Part shown: one piece after another, positions 38,873 to 46,345 of the stretch
Position numbering within the stretch: the first letter of the stretch is position 1
Layout of the letters: each line of letters opens with the position of its first letter
DNA from: an uncultured Eubacteriales bacterium
Lineage (GTDB): Bacteria > Bacillota > Clostridia > RUG12999
DNA: 46,345 bases
Direction: 5' to 3'
Assembly: GCA_964592375.1 (NCBI GenBank)
Contig: CAZQDP010000007.1
Coordinates: forward strand, 1-46,345
Program-made: the position numbers and the translations under genes
The notes under the pieces: model-generated
What the model saw: only the letters and a program-made list of their open reading frames with translations
Told to the model about the DNA's origin: nothing
Databases searched by the model: none

Positions 38873-40697
38873 TTTGTTTTCCTCCCATTGGTTTTATTAA
38901 ACACTCCCTGCCATAACCGATAAGATCTCCCCTTCCGGCTTTGACAAGCGCCTTGTGTACCAAATGATAATTGGCCGGCAGGCTAAATTGCAGCAGTGCA
39001 CGTTGCATGGCCTTTTCCGCCGGATCTGTTGCCACATATACCTTTTTCATTGTACGTGGGTCAATGCCTGTATAGTACATGCAAGTTGATAATGTACCGG
39101 GGGTAGGGTAAAAATCCTGTACCTGCAGCGGCCTGACCCCTTCTTTTTTAAAATAAACAGCCAGCTCAACTGCATCTGCAAGGGTGCTACCCGGATGGCT
39201 GGATATGAAATAGGGCACCAGATACTGCTTCTTGCCTGCTTTTTGATTGGCTTTTTTATATCGGTCGCTAAATGTCTGATACACCGAATGCCCCGGTTTT
39301 CCCATATAGTACAGCACATGGTCGCTGATATGCTCCGGCGCTACCTTTAACTGTCCACTGATATGATGACGGCACATTTGCTCTAAAAATCCCGTCCCAC
39401 GGTCTGCCATCAAATAATCAAATCGCACACCTGAACGGATAAAGACCTTTTTTATGCCTTGTATGCTTTTCAGCTTATCGAGTAGCACCGAATAATCGCT
39501 GTGAGAAATGATAAGATTTTTGCAAGGCTCGGGAAATAAACATTGCCTATCGGCGCAACTGCCCGCAGTAAGCTGCTTTTTACAGGCACTTTGCCGAAAG
39601 TTTGCCGTGGGTCCTCCCACATCATGGATATATCCTTTAAAGTCCGGCAGTGCCTTAATGAGCATAGCCTCCTTTACGATGGCCTCATGACTGCGACCTT
39701 GTACAATGCGACCTTGGTGAAAGGCAAGAGAGCAAAAATTACACCCACCAAAGCATCCACGGCAAGAAAGCAAGCTAAACTTGACCTCCTCTATCGCAGG
39801 CACACCGCCCATTTCCTGATACATCGGATGATAGTCGTACATGTAATCCAGCGCATACACCCCATCCATCTCCGGCCCGGAAAGTGGCATTGCCGGCTTT
39901 TCCTGCACCAAAAACCTGCCCTCGCAGGGTTGAATAACCCTCTTGCCTAAAATAGGATCATTTTCTTGATACTGCGCGGCTATTGCCTTGGCATATTGCT
40001 TTTTGTCCTCTTGTACCTGTTCATAGGAAGCGATGGTTATTCCCTCTGTTTGGCTAATGTCCTCGGTGATATATGCTGTGCCCTCAATTCCCCTTAGCTC
40101 TGCTGCCTTTTTTCCGCTACGAAGCATGGCAGCTGCCTCGGTAATGGCCTTTTCTCCCATCCCATAGACCAAAAGATCCGCCGCACAATCAAATAAAATA
40201 GAGCGCCGCACCTTGTCATCCCAATAATCATAATGCGCAAAGCGCCGCAAGGATGCCTCTAGGCCCCCTACGATGATGGGAACAAATGAAAAATAGCGGC
40301 GAATAAGGCCACAATAAACCATCAGCGCCCTTGTAGGCCTTTTCCCACCATGGCCACCGGGCGAATAATCATCATTATGTCTGCGTTTTTTTGCGGCTGT
40401 ATAAGCCGCCACCATGGAATCTATATTTCCGGACGTGACCAAAAAGCCAAGCCGAGGTGTTCCCAATTTTCGGATATCGTCTCCCGTGTCCCAGCGTGGT
40501 TGTGCAATGATGCCAACCCGATATCCAAGTTTCTTTAGCAGGCGTGCAATGAGGGTAATGCCAAAGGAGGAATGATCCACATATGCATCGCCCGTCACAC
40601 AAATAAAGTCAACATATTCCCAGCCACGAGCCTTCAAATCCTCCATGGTTACGGGTAAAAAATCTTTTTTATCGGTTTCGCATTTCAAGATATTCAC
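38793..40697 (-). CDS. ygiQ: YgiQ family radical SAM protein (UPF0313)
   Basis: GDAYVDHSSFG, EASLRRFAHYDYW, RGCFGGCNFC (CxxxCxxC), LKVAPEH and QVQDFYPTP. Confidence 0.93.
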   Translation of the reverse strand: MNILKCETDKKDFLPVTMEDLKARGWEYVDFICVTGDAYVDHSSFGITLIARLLKKLGYRVGIIAQPRWDTGDDIRKLGTPRLGFLVTSGNIDSMVAAYTAAKKRRHNDDYSPGGHGGKRPTRALMVYCGLIRRYFSFVPIIVGGLEASLRRFAHYDYWDDKVRRSILFDCAADLLVYGMGEKAITEAAAMLRSGKKAAELRGIEGTAYITEDISQTEGITIASYEQVQEDKKQYAKAIAAQYQENDPILGKRVIQPCEGRFLVQEKPAMPLSGPEMDGVYALDYMYDYHPMYQEMGGVPAIEEVKFSLLSCRGCFGGCNFCSLAFHQGRIVQGRSHEAIVKEAMLIKALPDFKGYIHDVGGPTANFRQSACKKQLTAGSCADRQCLFPEPCKNLIISHSDYSVLLDKLKSIQGIKKVFIRSGVRFDYLMADRGTGFLEQMCRHHISGQLKVAPEHISDHVLYYMGKPGHSVYQTFSDRYKKANQKAGKKQYLVPYFISSHPGSTLADAVELAVYFKKEGVRPLQVQDFYPTPGTLSTCMYYTGIDPRTMKKVYVATDPAEKAMQRALLQFSLPANYHLVHKALVKAGRGDLIGYGRECLIKPMGGKQNELQNNRRKGSFRKDQGRGKGSGAKS

Positions 40698-42966
40698 TCC
40701 TGCCCATGGTCACTTGACGAGGCTTATTTGTGCCGTCATACGCCGAAATAACCTTATGTTTTTCCAGTACATCAATGAGCCTTCCCGCACGGGCATACCC
40801 TACCTTGAGCTTGCGTTGGAGCATGGAGGTGGAAATCTGATTGAGCTCAAAAGCAATTTCTGCCGCTTCATCCATCAGCTCGTCGTTTTCTGAGCTGTCG
40901 TCTTCCTTGGCGTGTTCGGCAATTGCTTTACTTTCAATGGTTTCAATCACATTTTCGCTATAGGTGCAAACCGCCTGGTCCTTAATAAAACCGGTTACGT
41001 TCTCCACATCCTTATCAGAAATGAACGCGCCTTGTACCCGGCGCATTTTCGAGCCGGTCATCATAAACAGCATGTCCCCTCGGCCCATCAGCTTTTCCGC
41101 ACCGCCACCATCTAAAATGGTTCGAGAATCCACCTGACTTGCCACTGCAAAGGCAATTCGAGAGGGAATATTAATTTTAATAATTCCCGTAATAACATCC
41201 ACGGAAGGACGCTGCGTGGCAAGTACCAGATGCATACCGGCCGCGCGAGCCATCTGGGCCAAGCGGCATATGTAATCCTGCACCTCGCCGGGCGCCACCA
41301 TCATCAGGTCAGAGAGTTCATCAATGATAATCACAATCTGGGGCAGCTTTTCGCCCTCTTCCTGTTCCATTTTTCTATTGTATCCCGCAAGGTCTCTTGC
41401 CTGAGACTCCGCAAACTTTTTATATCGATCCTCCATCTCCTGTACTGCCCAGCAAAGTGCTCCCGCGGCCTTGCGTGGATCGGTCACAATCGGCACCAAC
41501 AAATGTGGTATGCCATTATACATACCCAGTTCCACTTTTTTCGGATCCACCATCACGAAACGAACATCCTCTGGCGAGGATTTATATAAAATACTGGTGA
41601 TAATCGTATTGATACATACACTTTTGCCTGAGCCTGTGGCTCCCGCTATTAAAAGATGTGGTGCTTTGGCAATATCCATCACCACAGTTTTCCCTTCAAT
41701 ATCTCGACCCAGTGCCACAGCGAGCTTGGACGGGTGAGCACGGAATTCACTGCTCTCAATGATTTCCCTCAGATTAATAGCGGTTACACTATCATTGGAC
41801 ACTTCAATTCCAATGCTTCCGGCCTGCACCTCCATCCGCACATTGGAAGCCGGAAGGCGCAATGCAATGTCCTGATCCAAAGTTGTAATTTTATTCACCT
41901 TCACGCCTGAAGCCGGTAGAATTTCATATCGGGTTACGCTTGCACCCTTGACGATATTGGTAATGCGAGCTTCTATGCCAAAACTCTCCAAAATTTCAAT
42001 CAGCCGTTGGGCATTGGCCTTGAGCAGTTCCACCTTGCCCGCTCCGGGCACAATCATACTTTTTTCGAGAAGTTCCGGCAAGGGATGCACATACTGAGCC
42101 TTCGGCGCTCCGTCAAGCTGGAGCTGCTCGTAATTTTCATCCGTCTGGGGCGACAGGTTTTCCGACTTTATGTATGCCGGAATATCTTCGCTCGCAGCTT
42201 GCATGGCTGCAATTTCCGTATCTGGAAGCGTGATTTGGTCCACCGGCAATTCTTCGAGTGGATGAGGGATTACAATCTCCTGATGCTCCTTCCACCGATA
42301 ATCCTCCAAGGGCGTGTCCGACTGCTTTTCCGCTTGCTTTTTCTTCTGTGGTGGCGCCTTTGGCTCCGGCTCCTCATAATTATCATAAGACTCCTTGAGG
42401 CTGGCAAAAAAATCTCGCACTTTTCTGCAAAAGCCTTTGAAAATTGCGATGACCGAAATTTCAAAAAAGAGCACAATCATGACAAGAAGAATAAGGATAC
42501 CCAGTATAAAGCTTCCAGAAAGCCCTGTGGCATAGATCAGCGGATCTGCAAAAATCCCGCCCAGTACGCCTCCGCCCGTCCCTTTTATTCCATCGCCGTA
42601 CAATTTTACAGCACCCCATATAATCTGCCCGTCGGCAACTCTGTGCATCAAATGACGCAACATGGACAGTTCAATGGGCAAAAGTGAAATGATCCACAGT
42701 TTTCTTTTTAATTTTTCGTTATAAAAAAAGGTAGTCATGACTCCCGCAATAATAATCAGAGGCAGTAAGTAGGCGACATCACCAAACAATCCTCTAAAAA
42801 ACAAAGTGATGCCTTCGCCAACACTGCCACCGGAACCAAACCATATGCTAATGGAAAGAAAGATAGCAACACCGGCGGATACCAGTGAGGTAATTTCTTT
42901 TGACACAAAGGCGGAATTTTTCCCACCACGTCTCTTTGCCGGATTTTTGAGTTTCCGTTTAGCCAA
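40669..42966 (-). CDS. ftsK: DNA translocase FtsK/SpoIIIE
   Basis: N-terminal TM segments, HLLIAGATGSGKS, IIIDELSDLMM, LATQRPSVDVITG and gamma domain (SMLQRKLKVGYARAGRLID). Confidence 0.97.
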   Translation of the reverse strand: MAKRKLKNPAKRRGGKNSAFVSKEITSLVSAGVAIFLSISIWFGSGGSVGEGITLFFRGLFGDVAYLLPLIIIAGVMTTFFYNEKLKRKLWIISLLPIELSMLRHLMHRVADGQIIWGAVKLYGDGIKGTGGGVLGGIFADPLIYATGLSGSFILGILILLVMIVLFFEISVIAIFKGFCRKVRDFFASLKESYDNYEEPEPKAPPQKKKQAEKQSDTPLEDYRWKEHQEIVIPHPLEELPVDQITLPDTEIAAMQAASEDIPAYIKSENLSPQTDENYEQLQLDGAPKAQYVHPLPELLEKSMIVPGAGKVELLKANAQRLIEILESFGIEARITNIVKGASVTRYEILPASGVKVNKITTLDQDIALRLPASNVRMEVQAGSIGIEVSNDSVTAINLREIIESSEFRAHPSKLAVALGRDIEGKTVVMDIAKAPHLLIAGATGSGKSVCINTIITSILYKSSPEDVRFVMVDPKKVELGMYNGIPHLLVPIVTDPRKAAGALCWAVQEMEDRYKKFAESQARDLAGYNRKMEQEEGEKLPQIVIIIDELSDLMMVAPGEVQDYICRLAQMARAAGMHLVLATQRPSVDVITGIIKINIPSRIAFAVASQVDSRTILDGGGAEKLMGRGDMLFMMTGSKMRRVQGAFISDKDVENVTGFIKDQAVCTYSENVIETIESKAIAEHAKEDDSSENDELMDEAAEIAFELNQISTSMLQRKLKVGYARAGRLIDVLEKHKVISAYDGTNKPRQVTMGRSEYLEMRNR

Positions 42967-43149
42967 TACCTTGCACCTTTCCTTTCACTTTGCGGTTATA
43001 TTGTGCGAATATGTGCACCTTGCAGGCACCCGCATGATACTTATGCGATTGCTAAGCCACACCCGCGTCTATCGCAGACATTTGTGGCTATTATAACATA
43101 ATGAAAACAGTTTTTCCATAGCTTTTTAAATTTTTTATGAATTTCTTAA

Positions 43150-43176
43150 ATAAAGAAAGATTATATACCATATACT
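43150..43176 (+). promoter_or_regulatory. Putative sigma-E promoter of ylmC
   Basis: ATA-N16-CATATACT fits the sigE consensus; lies upstream of a sporulation PRC-barrel gene. Confidence 0.45.
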
Positions 43177-43236
43177 TTAATGTGTATAATCGACTTTTTC
43201 TGATGTATGCACACAAAAAAAGGAGGATGGAGCGCC

Positions 43237-43479
43237 GTGAAAAAAGTATCTGATTTCAGAAACAAAGAGGTTATCAATGTATCGGACGGCAAAAGACTTG
43301 GCTTTGTTTGTGATGTGGAAATAGACTTTGAAAAAGGAAGCATTGATGCGATTGTCATTCCGGGCCCGGCGGGACTGTTTAATATGTTTGCTCATACCGG
43401 TGACTATATCGTGCCATGGACTCAAATTAAAAAGATCGGAGAGGATATTATTTTGGTGGATTACCCCGTTGCAAGATAG
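43237..43479 (+). CDS. ylmC: YlmC/YmxH family sporulation protein (PRC-barrel)
   Basis: KEVINV.DGKRLG.V.D.EID...IVPW.QIKKIGEDIILV; GTG start after GGAGG. Confidence 0.9.
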   Translation: MKKVSDFRNKEVINVSDGKRLGFVCDVEIDFEKGSIDAIVIPGPAGLFNMFAHTGDYIVPWTQIKKIGEDIILVDYPVAR

Positions 43480-43560
43480 CTTTGCATCACCTATTATATT
43501 GAAATTTTAAACGAAATAGATGTATTTTTAGTAAAAAGATGGGCAAAACACGCTTTTGTA

Positions 43561-43589
43561 TTGACAAAGCGAAAAAAATTTAGTATACT
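43561..43589 (+). promoter_or_regulatory. Sigma-A promoter of rpmH operon
   Basis: TTGACA-17-TATACT. Confidence 0.8.
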
Positions 43590-43632
43590 ATGAAACGATA
43601 TTCGCTTTTTTTAAGAACAGGAGGTGTTTCGC

Positions 43633-43767
43633 TTGCTTAGAACCTATCAGCCTAATAAAAGGCATCGTCAAAAGGAACATGGGTTTATGAAAAGAATGTC
43701 CACTCGTAGCGGGAGAAAGGTTTTGGCCCGCAGAAGGCTCAAAGGGAGAAAAGTTTTATCGGCTTAA
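43633..43767 (+). CDS. rpmH: 50S ribosomal protein L34; not in ORF track
   Basis: TTG start after GGAGGTG; [44 protein letters not shown]. Confidence 0.98.
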   Translation: MLRTYQPNKRHRQKEHGFMKRMSTRSGRKVLARRRLKGRKVLSA

Positions 43768-43909
43768 TCGGCAGATGGCCTTTTGAGGCCGAATACCAAG
43801 CGGGCTTGCCCGCTTTTGTAATATAGCAGGTTGCTTTTCTTCGGCGGAGTATCCGCCAAGTGCACCACTCATTGGATTTTGGTGCACGGCCAATCATTGG
43901 AGGTTTTTT

Positions 43910-44242
43910 GTGGTAGCTTTGTCGCTTAATAAAAATGTTTTATTTAAACGGGTTTATTCCAGAGGGAAAAGTATTGTAGACCCGTTTGTGGTAATGTATT
44001 TTTTACCGAACCGCAAAGGCGTCAACCGTTTGGGAATTACTGTGAGCAAAAAAATCGGAGGCGCCGTTGTGCGCAGTCGAGCAAGGCGACTCATCAAGGA
44101 AGCCTTTCGGCTGCAGGAGGACAAGTTCTCTTTAGGGTATGACCTTGTATTTGTCGCACGGGGGCGCATGGTTGGCACCGGACTTGCCAAAATCATGACC
44201 TCCATGGAGCGCATTGCAAAAAAAGGCGGACTGATGCAGTAA
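43910..44242 (+). CDS. rnpA: Ribonuclease P protein component
   Basis: [10 protein letters not shown] and [25 protein letters not shown] (RNR motif appears as RSR). Confidence 0.96.
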   Translation: MVALSLNKNVLFKRVYSRGKSIVDPFVVMYFLPNRKGVNRLGITVSKKIGGAVVRSRARRLIKEAFRLQEDKFSLGYDLVFVARGRMVGTGLAKIMTSMERIAKKGGLMQ

Positions 44243-44273
44243 ACTGCCTGCGGCGGCAAAAAGGCGGAAGTGT

Positions 44274-44483
44274 ATGAAATGTGTGTTGATTTGGCTCATT
44301 TCTTTTTATAGAAAGAATATATCACCTCTCAAAAAACCTTGCTGTAGGTTTTATCCTACTTGTTCGCAGTACGCAATAGAGGCATTTGAAAAGTATAATG
44401 TTTTTCGAGCCTCGTTTTTAACATTTTACCGCATACTTCGATGTAATCCGCTAAACAAGGGCGGTTATGATCCGCTCAAATGA
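44274..44483 (+). CDS. yidD: Membrane protein insertion efficiency factor
   Basis: [11 protein letters not shown] and RILRCNP...GGYDP. Confidence 0.96.
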   Translation: MKCVLIWLISFYRKNISPLKKPCCRFYPTCSQYAIEAFEKYNVFRASFLTFYRILRCNPLNKGGYDPLK

Positions 44484-44554
44484 AAAAGGGGCGCATTTTT
44501 GCATGCATTTTTGGCATTGCATAAATTGACAGATGTGTCCATCAAGAGGTGCCT

Positions 44555-45403
44555 ATGTTTCAAATTTTCGACCTACTGATTAATAGACCCTTGGGGTTTA
44601 TCTTAAGCTATATATACAGCTTCACCGGCAATTATGGTGTTGCCATTATTATATTTACACTTTTTACAAAGATTATTTTGTTGCCGTTTTCCATTAAACA
44701 GCAGAAATCAACGCTTGAAATGCAGCGGATCAAGCCTTTTATGGATGAGATCCAGAAAAAATATAAGGATAATAAAGAAAAACAGCAGGAAGAAATGGTC
44801 AAGCTGTATTCCGAACATGGTGTCAATCCCATGGCGGGCTGTTTGCCAATGCTCATTCAGCTTCCGATTATATTTGGTTTGTATCAGGTCATAATCAAGC
44901 CATTATCCTATATATTGGGCTATTCCGCAGAACAGATTGCGGAGCTCACTGCCAAATATGCCGATATGACCTTTGGCTACAGTGCGCAAATTTCTATTGC
45001 TAATTTGGAAAAGCTGGTCAATTTCAATTTCATATGGCTTGATTTATCAGCTGTTCCTCAATTTGACATGAATAATATTGCAGGCTCTATCAGCCTCATA
45101 TGGATTATTCCATTACTTGCCGCAGGCTCTACCTACTTTTCCAGCAAATACATGTCGTCTCAAATGGCAAGTGCTTCGCCTGAGCAGGCGCAGACCAGCA
45201 ACATGATGAATATGTTAATGCCAGTGATGACTTTGTGGTTTTCCTTTACAATGCCGGCAGGTTTGGGCCTTTATTGGACAGCCAGCAATCTGCTTCAAAT
45301 GGCTCAGCAGTTTGCTATGAATATGTACTTTATACCAAAGCTTAAGGAAGGAGCGCTGACCGCAAATGATAAGAAAAGTAGAGAAAAGCGGAAAAACAAT
45401 TGA
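44555..45403 (+). CDS. yidC: Membrane protein insertase YidC/SpoIIIJ
   Basis: NYGVAII, GVNPMAGCLPMLIQLPI and PAGLGLYW..SN; ATG 44555 after GAGGTG. Confidence 0.96.
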   Translation: MFQIFDLLINRPLGFILSYIYSFTGNYGVAIIIFTLFTKIILLPFSIKQQKSTLEMQRIKPFMDEIQKKYKDNKEKQQEEMVKLYSEHGVNPMAGCLPMLIQLPIIFGLYQVIIKPLSYILGYSAEQIAELTAKYADMTFGYSAQISIANLEKLVNFNFIWLDLSAVPQFDMNNIAGSISLIWIIPLLAAGSTYFSSKYMSSQMASASPEQAQTSNMMNMLMPVMTLWFSFTMPAGLGLYWTASNLLQMAQQFAMNMYFIPKLKEGALTANDKKSREKRKNN

Positions 45404-46034
45404 TGAGGCTATTTTAGCAGCACTTCAGGAACTGAACATCGAAAGAGAAGATGCTCAGGTAGATATTGTAGATGAAGGAAGCAAAGGTTTTCTTGGCATT
45501 GGCAGCAAGGATGCCGTGGTGAGTGTAACTGAAATTAATCGCTATGAAAAGACCGCAGTAGACTTTTTAAAAACCGTCACCGGGCATATGGGAATTGACG
45601 TTACCTGCGATATTCAAAAGGAAGGCAATCGGTTGGATATCACTTTAGAGGGCACGGATATGGGGATTGTTATCGGTCGCCGTGGCGACACCTTGGATGC
45701 ACTCCAGTATCTCACTAGCCTTGTGGTTAATAAAAACGCCAATGAATATGTGAAGATTGCACTGGATACCGAAAATTATAGGGCAAAGCGCCAGGAAGCG
45801 CTGATCATTCTTGCACGCAAGGTAGCCGGCCAGGTCATCCGCACCGGCAGAAGCTCTACTTTAGAGCCCATGAATCCGAACGAGAGAAGAATTATTCATG
45901 CCGCCTTGCAAGGAAATCGCTCGGTATATACTTACAGTGTTGGCGATGAGCCAGATAGAAAGATTGTAGTGGCATTAAAGGATAGACAAAAACCCGCCTA
46001 TGGCGCAAAGAGCGAAACGGAAAGTGCTGAATAG
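45366..46034 (+). CDS. jag: RNA-binding cell elongation regulator Jag/EloR (KhpB)
   Basis: Jag_N (GKTIDEAI..AL), KH (IGRRGDTLDALQYL) and R3H (ERRIIH) domains. Confidence 0.96.
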   Translation: MIRKVEKSGKTIDEAILAALQELNIEREDAQVDIVDEGSKGFLGIGSKDAVVSVTEINRYEKTAVDFLKTVTGHMGIDVTCDIQKEGNRLDITLEGTDMGIVIGRRGDTLDALQYLTSLVVNKNANEYVKIALDTENYRAKRQEALIILARKVAGQVIRTGRSSTLEPMNPNERRIIHAALQGNRSVYTYSVGDEPDRKIVVALKDRQKPAYGAKSETESAE

Positions 46035-46065
46035 ATTTTTCATTATCAATATATTATACCGATGT

Positions 46066-46095
46066 GGGGGTGCACTTGAAGCACCCCCTTTGTTT
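46066..46095 (+). terminator. Terminator after jag
   Basis: GGGGGTGC-acttgaa-GCACCCCC followed by TTTGTTT. Confidence 0.8.
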
Positions 46096-46345
46096 ATTGA
46101 AATAAAAGAACAATGTGCACCATCTTGGTTGAAATCGCTTCCTATTCACGCATATATTGGTGCAAAAATAAAACAGAGTCTGCTCTAAAAGAACAAACTC
46201 CATTTTATGCATCCATCAAGTAGTCAGATAAGTAAGATGTCCGTATTCATGATTTTCCTTTTCTATGCTTTGTGATAATGTGCTTGCTATCCATGCATTT
46301 TTAGAAATCTTTGCTCCCATACACATTGCAATTTGCACAGGAGGG

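Noticed and set aside
46000-46345. ORF 46000-46188 or the start of mnmE
   Set aside because: The ORF crosses the jag terminator and shows no MnmE-like sequence.

Overview
A 46.3-kb chromosomal window from a spore-forming clostridial Firmicute. Evidence for that placement: dpaA/dpaB, sigH, ylmC, SLH domains, a Noc-like ParB, and a clostridial-type alpha operon containing rpsD. Left to right: (1) a >1500-aa secreted protein with about 9 cadherin repeats, missed by the ORF track because it runs off the left edge, downstream of an SLH-domain gene; (2) tRNA-Leu(UAA) and tRNA-fMet, then a ~2.1-kb accessory patch with GGGGAC/GTCCCC-tagged short repeats, a probable IS1182-like end, a probable toxin C-terminal fragment and two hypothetical genes; (3) dipicolinate synthase, an ArsR + P1B-ATPase metal efflux unit, an NlpC/P60-SH3 hydrolase and an orphan Sfp-type PPTase; (4) sigH, tRNA-Gly(CCC), an unusual tRNA-like element with a collapsed anticodon arm, and a double zinc-ribbon protein; (5) a Ca2+/Na+ antiporter, a Noc-like ParB and a YmfI-like SDR; (6) the complete S10-spc-alpha ribosomal cluster on the minus strand; (7) yfbR, a D,D-carboxypeptidase, folD, ygiQ and ftsK; (8) ylmC and rpmH-rnpA-yidD-yidC-jag with no adjacent dnaA or mnmE. 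The best leads are the tRNA-elbow mimic in front of the zinc-ribbon gene and the repeat-delimited, cassette-like patch behind tRNA-fMet. All family assignments come from motif recognition by eye; no searches were run.
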